A DNA stretch of 64,000 nt from a virus (IMGVR_UViG_3300036945_000454:788-64787); one strand, 5' to 3'. Positions 19,680-28,530 are shown, numbered from the stretch's first letter. Numbers and translations are program-made. The notes: a model not told the origin generated them from the sequence alone.

Positions 19680-20102
19680 TTAGTCTGGGAATTGAGTTGG
19701 TGCTAAAGGAATAGAAGAGTCACGAACTGTGGCTTTCTTATTAAGATCACCAGAAAAACTGCGTCCCCAAGCCTCCATAGCTCCTGCATTATAAGATGGA
19801 GAATTATACCAATTACCTGCAGATGAATTCATGTTAGCTCTTCCTTCTTTTTTATATTTACCAATACTTTCACGAAAACCTTTATTATACGATAATGTGT
19901 CAGATTTAGTCATTTTCTTTTTACCTGATTCGTACTTTGCTTCACCCATATGTGAATAATCAGGTTTATCACCAACTAATTCAGAAGATACTCGTTTACG
20001 AGCAACATTTGTGCTATCTTTTTTAGCAGTAGTAGGTTTATCTACTTTTTTTGTAGATATGTATTTGGCAGCAGCTTTTGCTAATTCACTTTTAGTTGGC
20101 AT
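19680..20102 (-). CDS. Basic hypothetical protein
   Basis: Likely start MPTKSEL at 20102; ends KATVRDSSIPLAPTQFPD. Confidence 0.6.
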   Translation of the reverse strand: MPTKSELAKAAAKYISTKKVDKPTTAKKDSTNVARKRVSSELVGDKPDYSHMGEAKYESGKKKMTKSDTLSYNKGFRESIGKYKKEGRANMNSSAGNWYNSPSYNAGAMEAWGRSFSGDLNKKATVRDSSIPLAPTQFPD

Positions 20103-20124
20103 ATTAGTATTATTAAAAATCAAA

Positions 20125-20141
20125 CAAAGATAGTAAATTTG
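20125..20141. promoter_or_regulatory. Back-to-back divergent promoters (TATCTTTG minus, TAAATTTG plus)
   Basis: caaagata-g-taaatttg between divergent genes. Confidence 0.6.
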
Positions 20142-20156
20142 TTAAAATAAAATCAA

Positions 20157-20639
20157 ATGAAAACATACATGGTACCAAAAGTGTACCGCCCAAAGAAATA
20201 CCCACCCGTTACACGCATGGCAATTGAGCACGACTTCCTAAAATACATAGGGCTCGTGCAGAAATATGTCCTACGCCACTACGGACTATCGGCCCCTTAC
20301 TTCCAAATGCTCTGTTTTCTGCACTCAGAAGGCATATTTAACGTAAAGTCCATCGAGAAGTACAACCAAATCCTCGGATTTGCCCCAAAAAAGCGTAAAG
20401 ATATGATTGACATGGGTCTCATCAGCCTTTTTAGACCAGGATCGTACCGAACTGTGCCCATGTATGAGCTTTCTGCCAAAGGTAGAGCCATTATGCGTGA
20501 TGTTTACGCTAGACTTTTAGGAGAAAAGCCAATTACAGAAATAAAAAGGCCCACTAAGTACTCCGAACGTCAGTTCAATAGAGTAGCAAAGAGGGCCAAT
20601 GAGGATTTTAAAGCACAACAACAACGTCCTGAACTCTGA
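20157..20639 (+). CDS. MarR-like winged-helix regulator
   Basis: GLS...QMLCFL, YELSAKGR wing motif; lone plus-strand gene. Confidence 0.55.
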   Translation: MKTYMVPKVYRPKKYPPVTRMAIEHDFLKYIGLVQKYVLRHYGLSAPYFQMLCFLHSEGIFNVKSIEKYNQILGFAPKKRKDMIDMGLISLFRPGSYRTVPMYELSAKGRAIMRDVYARLLGEKPITEIKRPTKYSERQFNRVAKRANEDFKAQQQRPEL

Positions 20640-20865
20640 TGACCGTGTACATGTCATCGTTTACTCGGATCCCGTGACCTGCCGCTTTATCAAAATAGAT
20701 AAAGTTACCTGGCATGATCCCTTCGACCGCATTGCCAACGGCTGCCACAGTTGCCTTCTTGTATCGTAGCTCTTTTGTGTCAGATGCTGACATCAATAGA
20801 CCCCCCTTTGTTTTTGTCTCCTCCTCTTGAGGGACAATGAGGATATTTTGGCCAATTATTTTCAT
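20608..20865 (-). CDS. groES: Co-chaperonin GroES
   Basis: EEETKTKGGLLM mobile loop, ATVAAVG, DVVVVL. Confidence 0.85.
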   Translation of the reverse strand: MKIIGQNILIVPQEEETKTKGGLLMSASDTKELRYKKATVAAVGNAVEGIMPGNFIYFDKAAGHGIRVNDDMYTVIRVQDVVVVL

Positions 20866-21365
20866 ACGTATTTGTTTTTTATATTATTATTTAATTCAAA
20901 ATTTATCCTTGCTTGATATGCTTTTTCTTCAGTTTCATGAAAACCTAAATGTTTCTTTTTATTATTAAAAAAAATACATGAAGACCACTTTCTATTAGCT
21001 TTAAAATAAGAGACACCTACATATTTGCTAGAGTGTTTTGATTTATAACTTCTGTGTGAATGATTTTCAATATGTGACACCCATTCAAGATTTTCAACTT
21101 TATTATCTGATGTTATTTTATTTATATGATTTACTTGATTTTGATATTCTTCTTTATTTAAAAATGCTGTAGCAACAATTCTATGAACTAGGTATTTTTT
21201 TTGATTTGAAAAGTTATCACACAAAACAACCCTTTCATATTTGCCTAAATTTTTATTACAAGGCTTTAGAAATGCTTCTTTTTTTCTTTTTAAACTCTTT
21301 ACTCTTCCTAGATTACTTATTTCATATAAGCCTTCATAGTCCTTAATTGGTTTCCAGATTTCCAT
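20862..21365 (-). CDS. NUMOD4-HNH-AP2-like homing endonuclease
   Basis: EIWKPIKDYEGLYEISNLGRVKS, VHRIVA, VNHIN...DN...NLEW, SSKYVGV. Confidence 0.9.
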   Translation of the reverse strand: MEIWKPIKDYEGLYEISNLGRVKSLKRKKEAFLKPCNKNLGKYERVVLCDNFSNQKKYLVHRIVATAFLNKEEYQNQVNHINKITSDNKVENLEWVSHIENHSHRSYKSKHSSKYVGVSYFKANRKWSSCIFFNNKKKHLGFHETEEKAYQARINFELNNNIKNKYV

Positions 21366-21460
21366 AAAACAAAACCCCCAACGATTGCAGCGAAGGGGGC
21401 GGTCAAGTTTCCTTGATAATCCGAATTAGTAAGCTGCAATATTACCAACTCGGATTTGTA
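21366..21460 (-). ncRNA. Candidate kissing-loop leader RNA A
   Basis: Promoter TATATTTG 21465-21472; 15-bp hairpin with loop UAUUGCAGC; UCAAG-GAAA-CUUGA hairpin; CCCCC/GGGGG hairpin containing GCUGCAAU; U-tract then ATG. Confidence 0.65.
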
Positions 21461-21488
21461 TATGCAAATATAATTAATATAAATTAAA

Positions 21489-23027
21489 TTATGCCCTAAT
21501 ATTAGTAATAACTGTATCAGTAGAAAGTAATGTAGTTGCTACGCTGACCGCATTTCGCACGGCCTCCTTTGTCACCTTTGTCGGGTCGATTATCCCACTC
21601 TCCATCATGTTAGCCATCTCCATGCTCACCACGTTGACACCCACCCCTTTGCCACATGACTTTATAATATTATTGTCACCACCAGCATTCTCAATGATCT
21701 TAGCCATTGGTGAGTTTAATGCGTTGCATAAAATGCTCGCACCTTTCTTGACCGTCTGAACATCTCTCGCCACGTCCTTTAGTGCCACGCCACCACCTGG
21801 CAGGATGCCCTCCTCTAGTGCAGCTCTGACAGCACACACCGCATCGTCCACCCTGTCCTTCTTCTCCTTCTGCTCAATGTCTGACTGAGCCCCAACGTAT
21901 ATCACCGCTACGCCACCACCTAAATTAGCAATTCGCTCCTTCAGGAACTCCTTCTCCACGCCATTGCCCTCCACGTTTAATTGCTCTTGTAGCTCTGCCG
22001 TACGCTCATCCACCAAGCCACCCGGCTCACGAATTAATGTAGTGAACCGCCCACTAATTACTTTCTTGGCACGACCTAGGTCATCGATGCTCACCATCGC
22101 TAAGTTGTCACCTGTCTGCTCACTAAAATACTTAGCCCCAACAGATGTCGCTATGTCCTGCATCAACTGATGCTTTTTGTAGCCAAACTGCGGTGGCATA
22201 ATTGTGCACACTTTAAGCTTCGCCTTAATCTTATTTGCGTTTAGCGTGTTCAAAGCATTCTCCTCAAGCTCTCCAATAATTAATAGTGACCTATTGCCCT
22301 CTAATATAAACTCAAGGATTGGGAAGATGTCATTAATATGACTAATAGGTTGGTCAGTCACCAAGATGTATGGATCGTCAAGCACGCACTCTTGCTTCTT
22401 ATGGTCAGTCACAAAATACTTGCTAGTGAACCCCCTGTCTATCTTCATACCACTAATAATATCTGAGTATGTCAACGCATCCTTTGACGGCTCAACTGTC
22501 ACCACACCCGTCAGCCCCACCTTACTGTACGCATCAGCAATTATTGCCCCCGTGTCCGTGTCACCATTAGCAGAGATTGTAGCAACTGAGTTTAACTTGT
22601 CATCAGTAATCTCGACCGACATCTCGTCAAGTTTAGCCAGCACCTCAACACTCGCATCCTGGATATCTCTTAGCACCTGCGTTAAGTTATCGCTCGGCTC
22701 AATCTGAGCCATGGCCTCATGGATGATCGCCTGTGCCAGCACCATACTTGTCGTTGTCCCATCGCCTGCAGAGTTAGCCGTCTTCTCCGATGCCTCTCGC
22801 ATGATCATAACCGCCAGGTTCTCAGCCGGGTCCATTAAGTTAATTGACTTGGCCAATGTAACTCCATCCTTCGTTACGGTGATACCACCAACATGTTGCT
22901 CTGATTCAATTAAAGCAGTTCTTCCTCTAGCACCAAGAGTAGATCCTACTGCATTAGCAATTTTATCTACACCAGAAATTAACTTTCTTCTACCTTCTTC
23001 ACCAAAAATAATTTCTTTGACAATCAT
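21489..23027 (-). CDS. groEL: Chaperonin GroEL
   Basis: TLGARGR, VTKDGVT, AGDGTTT, EEGILPGGG, GIIDPTKV. Confidence 0.95.
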   Translation of the reverse strand: MIVKEIIFGEEGRRKLISGVDKIANAVGSTLGARGRTALIESEQHVGGITVTKDGVTLAKSINLMDPAENLAVMIMREASEKTANSAGDGTTTSMVLAQAIIHEAMAQIEPSDNLTQVLRDIQDASVEVLAKLDEMSVEITDDKLNSVATISANGDTDTGAIIADAYSKVGLTGVVTVEPSKDALTYSDIISGMKIDRGFTSKYFVTDHKKQECVLDDPYILVTDQPISHINDIFPILEFILEGNRSLLIIGELEENALNTLNANKIKAKLKVCTIMPPQFGYKKHQLMQDIATSVGAKYFSEQTGDNLAMVSIDDLGRAKKVISGRFTTLIREPGGLVDERTAELQEQLNVEGNGVEKEFLKERIANLGGGVAVIYVGAQSDIEQKEKKDRVDDAVCAVRAALEEGILPGGGVALKDVARDVQTVKKGASILCNALNSPMAKIIENAGGDNNIIKSCGKGVGVNVVSMEMANMMESGIIDPTKVTKEAVRNAVSVATTLLSTDTVITNIRA

Positions 23028-23545
23028 ATGTATTTATTTAAAATGTTATTTAATTCAAAATATTTTTTTCTTGCTTCGTATGCTTCTTCGGGAGTCTTAT
23101 GATATCCTAAAAAAACTTTTTTACCATCAACATGAGCGTGTGCTAAATATTTATCATATTTTTTCAGCTTGAACACTCCAACTGGCGTGCCAGTATTAAC
23201 ACCTCTGTAATAATGGCATGAATTTTCACGTGAAGATACCCATTCCAAATTGCTTATGCAATTATTTAATTTGTTTCCATCAATGTGATTTACAACTCTT
23301 TTGTTTTCCGGATTAGGTAAAAATGATTTTGCTACTATTCTATGCAAAGGAATTGTTTTCTTAATCTTGTTTTTACTAAGCAAAACAGAATGATATCCAT
23401 CTCTTTTTAGATGAAACTTATTAAACTTTTCCTTAACATTTCTTTGACTATTCTCAACAGGTCTGCTGAGACTTTTAATTCGGCCCATATTACTAACCTC
23501 GTAGTAAGCTTCGTAGCCTTCAATTGGCAACCATAATTCTTGCAT
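23024..23545 (-). CDS. NUMOD4-HNH-AP2-like homing endonuclease
   Basis: Likely start MQELWLPIEGY at 23545; LHRIVA, VNHIDGNKLNN..SNLEW. Confidence 0.9.
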   Translation of the reverse strand: MQELWLPIEGYEAYYEVSNMGRIKSLSRPVENSQRNVKEKFNKFHLKRDGYHSVLLSKNKIKKTIPLHRIVAKSFLPNPENKRVVNHIDGNKLNNCISNLEWVSSRENSCHYYRGVNTGTPVGVFKLKKYDKYLAHAHVDGKKVFLGYHKTPEEAYEARKKYFELNNILNKYI

Positions 23546-23632
23546 AAAAAAATACCTCAGCAATCCGAGGTGGAAGACTCTTCATGCCGAGGCTTTACTT
23601 TAAGTTCTTGTTTGCAGCTTCCACTCTGCGTT
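23546..23632 (-). ncRNA. Candidate kissing-loop leader RNA B
   Basis: Promoter TATCTTTG 23634-23641; GCAG-AGUGGAAG-CUGC, then CCUCGGCA-UGAA-GAG-U-CUUCCAC-CUC-GGAU-UGCUGAGG, U-tract, ATG. Confidence 0.7.
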
Positions 23633-23680
23633 ACAAAGATAATAATTTCATTTTAGTCTTACAGCTTCTATGCCAAACAA

Positions 23681-23995
23681 CTATTGTTCGTCAAACTCCG
23701 TGTCATAACCAAAGTGAGCAAGGATTAACTTCTTTATCATACTTGGACTCGGACCAAAAAAACTAAAGCTACCCGATAACCCATTCTTAGAGTTCTCCCA
23801 TTCACGACATTGAATTGTTGTCTTACTCTCATATGGATTTTCTCCAGTAAGAACAATATCATCAATATACTTCATTAACTCTTGAGAGCATTGTAGCAAA
23901 TCACATTGCTCGAACATCATGTGCTCAGTATCGTGACCTTCCTGTGAAATGTTGACCCTGATTAACTTTTTGGGTCTTGAAAAATAAGGCTTCAT
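23681..23995 (-). CDS. Hypothetical protein
   Basis: 104 aa ORF with TATATTTG promoter at 24019-24026 (-). Confidence 0.6.
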   Translation of the reverse strand: MKPYFSRPKKLIRVNISQEGHDTEHMMFEQCDLLQCSQELMKYIDDIVLTGENPYESKTTIQCREWENSKNGLSGSFSFFGPSPSMIKKLILAHFGYDTEFDEQ

Positions 23996-24049
23996 ATTAT
24001 ATTTATTTATTGTTTGTACAAATATAACAAAAACAATCTAAATATACAA

Positions 24050-24285
24050 CATGCAGACATGCAAACTTTTTTGCCGTATTACTACTATATATAAATTATT
24101 ATTGGGTGGTTAAATAGTTTTTTGCTTTTTTCCTTTATATTTTCTACATTTTGTACATTAAAGAAATAAATATAGTTATAACTAACTATAAATCAATAAG
24201 TTAAGTAGTTTGTATAAATAGACTTTTGTACATTTTTTGTACACTAAATCTACACAATAGTGTACGAAAGTCTAAATGTACACAA
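24050..24285. repeat. Origin-like AT-rich element, copy 1 (TGTACA repeats, IHF-like site)
   Basis: Colinear similarity to 34224-34425. Confidence 0.65.
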
Positions 24286-24314
24286 AAAAAGACCTGGCAT
24301 AAAGCCAAGTCCTC
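24284..24314 (-). terminator. Intrinsic terminator
   Basis: GACTTGGC-TTTAT-GCCAGGTC followed by T7 on the minus strand. Confidence 0.65.
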
Positions 24315-24340
24315 TTAAAACAACAAGAAAAGTGTAAGAA

Positions 24341-24490
24341 TTATTTCTTCTTCATCTTAGGGAACACACCCTTTTTCTCCATCTTCTCTACCTTCTTACC
24401 CTCCATTTTCTCATGCTTTTTCATAGCAGCCTTAGAAGCGTACTTCTCTTTACCACCGTACTCTGATACCATTTTCTTAGCCATTGCCAT
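24341..24490 (-). CDS. Small Lys/Met-rich protein
   Basis: Likely start MAMAKKMVSEYGGKEKY at 24490; TAACTTTG promoter at 24514-24521 (-). Confidence 0.6.
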   Translation of the reverse strand: MAMAKKMVSEYGGKEKYASKAAMKKHEKMEGKKVEKMEKKGVFPKMKKK

Positions 24491-25124
24491 ATTCGTGTTT
24501 TTAAATTGTTTAGCAAAGTTAAAAATTTTGTTAGAAATATAGGGGTGTTGGGTATCCCCATCAAAATACACCGGCGGCCCCGATCCCGAAACCGATCGAT
24601 CTTGACCTGGGGGGGTCTGATTTGGAAAAATTGCTGTGGACTTTTTGGCTTTTTCTTATTTAGCCATTTGGCTAATTAGCCTACTTGCTAATTAGATGCT
24701 TGACTAACTATCTATATATTACGTTTAGGCATTTGGCTAATTAACTAATAAACCGATCCAATTAGTTTATACTTTTGCCGATCCAATATGCTACAGATCT
24801 ACAGCCGTTTCCATTACAAAAATCCGATCCGATCTACAGCTAATTTTTTGATCCGATCCGATCAACAAAAAACCAAAAATATTTGGCGTTAAAACGCTCG
24901 AGGTTTACGGCTTGCAATCCCTTAATTTTTTCTACTTTTTCAATCCTTTTTTCCTTTTTTCCCATGATCACAAAAAAAGTTTTCAACATATTTTTATTGT
25001 ATTTTTCCTAGATTTTTACGGCCAAAACAGCCCTGGCTTTCTTGAATCGCAATTTTTTTTAGTACAAAATCAAGATATTCCAGTACAAGTGCATATTTTT
25101 TTTTAACATTTTTTATACAAAATA

Positions 25125-25156
25125 TTTGCACAATTAAAAACGATCCTATAGTATTG
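25125..25156 (+). promoter_or_regulatory. Early promoter TTTG-N20-TAGTATTG
   Basis: Bacteroidota -33/-7 spacing, one mismatch in the -7 box, before the first plus-strand gene. Confidence 0.55.
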
Positions 25157-25206
25157 CATATCGATTAACAAAACGAAAAACATTTTAACCTTTAAAAAAT
25201 ACGATC

Positions 25207-25494
25207 ATGCAAACAGCAATTAAAAACAAAATTAACGAAATCAATTCATTGATCCCTTTAGTAGATCAATTAGAAAGCTTTGTATATACATATGCGGGCG
25301 GTACGTGGCCTTATATGATTGATATCAACCCGATCCAAATAGACGGGGACAAAGTAATTATAACAGCTAAAGCGATCGGCAAAAATGATTTTATATCGGA
25401 TCAATCCTATAGCACTAAAGACTATTTTAGTTTAGATGAATTAAAATACGATCTAGCTACAATATTAAAAGCATTTAAAAAAGCATTAAAATAA
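25207..25494 (+). CDS. Early hypothetical protein
   Basis: 95 aa ORF with A-rich initiation region. Confidence 0.65.
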   Translation: MQTAIKNKINEINSLIPLVDQLESFVYTYAGGTWPYMIDINPIQIDGDKVIITAKAIGKNDFISDQSYSTKDYFSLDELKYDLATILKAFKKALK

Positions 25495-25519
25495 TTTTCA
25501 ACCTTAAAATATTACTATC

Positions 25520-26236
25520 ATGTCAAACACAAAATTAATCTCTAAAGGATCAAATAACGCTAAAACAGTTAAAAACAGTTTAGAAACCCATATTTTGTAT
25601 ATGCTACCATATAATCAAAATTCAAAAGGGATCAATATTTGCACAAAAGCCTCAAAAGGCTGTATTAAAGGCTGTTTAGTTAATGCGGGCCTAGCTTCCG
25701 TATATGCTACGATTAATGAAGCTAGATCGCGTAGAACTGAATTATATATTACAGATCGTACGGCATTTTGTGCAAAAATTTATCATGAATTGTTTTTATT
25801 AAACAAAAAAGCAATTAAGAAAAACGGCAAAATTGAAGTGCGTTTAAATGGAACGTCCGATCTAGATTTTATTGCGATCATTAAAAACAGATTAGGCAAA
25901 GATATTTTGGTAGATTTTCCTAGCTTAATTTTTTACGACTATACAAAAGTTTTGGGCAAAGTAATGAAGTACAAAGGGCAAAATTATGTCCTAACATTTA
26001 GCCGATCGGAAACAAACGAGGCCGATTGCAAAAAAGCTTTGTCTGTTGGTGCAAATGTTTCAGTCGTATTTGATCACAAAAAACCAATGCCTAAAACCTA
26101 TCTAGGTGCTGAAGTAATTGACGGCGACAAAGCCGACGATCTTATGCTTGAATTATCGGGAAAAATCCTAGGCTTAAAAGCTAAAGGCACAAATGCGAAA
26201 GCTGATACAAGTGGCTTTGTAGTTAGAAATTATTAA
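25520..26236 (+). CDS. Gp88-like Cys-cluster protein
   Basis: C..AS.GC..GCL...G, VRLNGTSD, FYDYTK, GLKAKG...SGFVV. Confidence 0.7.
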   Translation: MSNTKLISKGSNNAKTVKNSLETHILYMLPYNQNSKGINICTKASKGCIKGCLVNAGLASVYATINEARSRRTELYITDRTAFCAKIYHELFLLNKKAIKKNGKIEVRLNGTSDLDFIAIIKNRLGKDILVDFPSLIFYDYTKVLGKVMKYKGQNYVLTFSRSETNEADCKKALSVGANVSVVFDHKKPMPKTYLGAEVIDGDKADDLMLELSGKILGLKAKGTNAKADTSGFVVRNY

Positions 26237-26260
26237 TCAACCTTTTAAAAATAAACGATC

Positions 26261-26479
26261 ATGCAAAATTACATCTTACAAGAAAATGTTTTAACTGATA
26301 ACATACTAATGCTATGCGATCAAAACGAAATATTCAAAGGCCGATACATAGCCATATTAAAAGAGTATAGATATGCCACGCCATGGACTGATAAGGAAAC
26401 AATAAAGCGATTTAGAAAACGTGAAACGCTGTATAAATACTTAAATAAAAATTATCCTAAAATTGAAATATTTAATTAA
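26261..26479 (+). CDS. Early hypothetical protein
   Basis: 72 aa ORF. Confidence 0.6.
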   Translation: MQNYILQENVLTDNILMLCDQNEIFKGRYIAILKEYRYATPWTDKETIKRFRKRETLYKYLNKNYPKIEIFN

Positions 26480-26529
26480 TCAACCTTTCAGCCCTCGAGC
26501 CGTGGCAATAATAACGGCTCAATTTTAAA

Positions 26530-27084
26530 ATGGAAAATTCAAATAACATTACAATTGATTTGCGTGAATTATCTAATGATATTTTAAACAGCGGATTTTT
26601 AACAGATGACAAATTACAAAGTGAGTGTGATTATAAAGGATGGGAATTTGGAAGTGATCGGCATACAGATGCAAGCTATTTTGTTGATCCTAGAACGGGT
26701 CTAGAATTATATTGCTCGCCATGCTTCGAAAATGATTGGGGTACGATCTACTTTAGTGTAAATGATATTTACGGAAATGGTGGATTTGGCGATATCCTAG
26801 GCGAAGTGATCGAAGTAGATATCAAGCCCTATTTTGGGGACATTGAAAAACAGCGTGAAATTTGGCGGAAACAAGTTTATGAGATCATTGATAATATAGA
26901 AACGCTGATACCTACATATAGCGATATTGTTGCAGAACATAAGGTAAGCGAAATGGTTTATCAGATTTACGAAAATAAAGAATTTGTCGAAACAATGAAA
27001 AACGACAAAGCTACATATGAGCGGATCGAATATCTAAAGGAGTGCTTGATCGCTGAATTTAAAAAGGTAAAAAATAAAAAATAG
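26530..27084 (+). CDS. Early hypothetical protein
   Basis: 184 aa acidic ORF; weak similarity (LYCSPCFE vs LWASPQFE) to 27282-27674. Confidence 0.65.
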   Translation: MENSNNITIDLRELSNDILNSGFLTDDKLQSECDYKGWEFGSDRHTDASYFVDPRTGLELYCSPCFENDWGTIYFSVNDIYGNGGFGDILGEVIEVDIKPYFGDIEKQREIWRKQVYEIIDNIETLIPTYSDIVAEHKVSEMVYQIYENKEFVETMKNDKATYERIEYLKECLIAEFKKVKNKK

Positions 27085-27100
27085 GCAAATACTGGAAATT

Positions 27101-27280
27101 ATGAAAAACGAAAATTTGAGTAAAATTCATGCGAAATTTCTACGGCATATATTAAATGCTACGGCTATAGGTGTAGATAATTTTATAGATGTGGTAGATA
27201 ATTTTACCGACTGCTTTGCAGATGAATTCGGATGTGATCCGATTGAACTAAAAAAATACTTAATAAATAAATTCAAATAA
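27101..27280 (+). CDS. 59-aa hypothetical protein
   Basis: Hand-translated MKNENLSKIHAKFLRHIL...; fills the gap between ORFs. Confidence 0.5.
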   Translation: MKNENLSKIHAKFLRHILNATAIGVDNFIDVVDNFTDCFADEFGCDPIELKKYLINKFK

Positions 27281-27281
27281 A

Positions 27282-27674
27282 ATGGGAAAGTATATTAATT
27301 ACAAAAATGTAGATTTTGGAATTACTAAAATAGGAAATTTCAATCTAGAAAGGGACATCCAAACGGGTGCTATATGTTGGTCAAATGGTGATCTTAAATT
27401 GTGGGCATCACCTCAATTTGAGGGCGAAGAAAATTTGGTAGATGTGCAGATCCAATATTTTGACGATAACGGAACGGAATATAATTCTGATGGGGATTTT
27501 TTCGAATTAAGGAATGAGTGTGACTTTGATGCACAAAAGCTTCAATACATTTATGTGATCACTAAATTTCTGTGGATCTTAGACAGCATCGAATTTTATA
27601 CGGAATACCATAAAAATATGGATGGTGCGATAAGTAAAAAAGAGTGGGATCAAATTGTAAATAAATTAATATGA
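27282..27674 (+). CDS. Early hypothetical protein
   Basis: 130 aa ORF. Confidence 0.65.
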   Translation: MGKYINYKNVDFGITKIGNFNLERDIQTGAICWSNGDLKLWASPQFEGEENLVDVQIQYFDDNGTEYNSDGDFFELRNECDFDAQKLQYIYVITKFLWILDSIEFYTEYHKNMDGAISKKEWDQIVNKLI

Positions 27675-27829
27675 AAAGATCGATCGCAAATTTAGTGGCT
27701 ATTTTAATGTTGTTCATTGAAGTAGATCGGCCAAACGGATTTTGGACATATTTATCTGTAGGCATATTATTAATAAACTTTATTCATTTTTTAAAACTAG
27801 AATTCAGCCATGAGCAAAAAAATAATTAA
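27671..27829 (+). CDS. 52-aa membrane protein
   Basis: Hand-translated MKRSIANLVAILMLFIEVDRPNGFWTYLSVGILLINFIHFLK...; ATGA overlap. Confidence 0.5.
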   Translation: MKRSIANLVAILMLFIEVDRPNGFWTYLSVGILLINFIHFLKLEFSHEQKNN

Positions 27830-28019
27830 GGCGGGCTATTACTCGCTTCATATCATAACCTCAATTAGTGGTGTGATCATTATAAAAGTATACAATCGGG
27901 AGACAAATGAGCAGATTGAAAATTCAATTTTTACGGAAGTTAGCGATAGCCTTGAAATTTATCTAGGGCAGTATACAAGTAAAGTAGAACCAATTTTAAA
28001 CTATTTAAACCAAAATTAA
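27810..28019 (+). CDS. Hypothetical protein
   Basis: 69 aa ORF. Confidence 0.55.
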   Translation: MSKKIIKAGYYSLHIITSISGVIIIKVYNRETNEQIENSIFTEVSDSLEIYLGQYTSKVEPILNYLNQN

Positions 28020-28020
28020 G

Positions 28021-28530
28021 ATGGAAAATTTAACCCAAAACCAAAACCAAATTATTTCAAATTTAGTAAAAGAGTTTGCGAAAATTAATGATCATTCAAT
28101 TGGATCAGCTGATAATATCTTTGCTCATTTATGTGATGAGGTAAATAAAGATGAAATTCGTATTCGAGAAATAGGTGCAAGTAATATTGCGATCAGAGAG
28201 GCAATGAATTTGCAAATAGCCGATGATAATAAGAAGTATGGCGATATGCTTCGTGAAATTGGGCTTGAAATTTTGCCGTATAAAGAGTGGGATAATTTTT
28301 TCCAAATAAGACATCAAAACGGAAGTTGTGTAGGAAATGGCTATTACGATGGGAATGCACTTTATTGGGGATATGAAATTCATACTGAATATCAAACCAT
28401 ATTAGGGAGTAGCTATTTAAAATTAAAATGTTTTAAAGTAGTTTATAGAGGGGCTACTTATAACAATGTAAGCGAAGTATTTGATGAGTATACATTCAAA
28501 AGAGATTTAAAAACTTTATTATCAAAATAA
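28021..28530 (+). CDS. Hypothetical protein
   Basis: 169 aa ORF. Confidence 0.65.
   Translation: MENLTQNQNQIISNLVKEFAKINDHSIGSADNIFAHLCDEVNKDEIRIREIGASNIAIREAMNLQIADDNKKYGDMLREIGLEILPYKEWDNFFQIRHQNGSCVGNGYYDGNALYWGYEIHTEYQTILGSSYLKLKCFKVVYRGATYNNVSEVFDEYTFKRDLKTLLSK

Noticed and set aside
20862-21488. HNH genes as group I intron or IscB/HEARO elements
   Set aside because: Flanking genes are intact, leaders are only ~100 nt, and the proteins lack RuvC/PLMP features
24650-24870. Possible CRISPR or mini-array
   Set aside because: Repeats are short, irregular and lack constant-length spacers; no cas genes
24912-25106. 64-aa Phe-rich ORF
   Set aside because: TTG start, product of T-tracts in the non-coding switch region
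26497-26520. GAGCCGT...ACGGCTC hairpin as a fifth kissing-loop leader
   Set aside because: Single hairpin with no partner loop and no HNH downstream; likely a terminator or processing stem
27172-27206. GTAGATAATTTTA direct repeat
   Set aside because: Two copies in frame within a small ORF (VDNF twice); an ordinary micro-duplication
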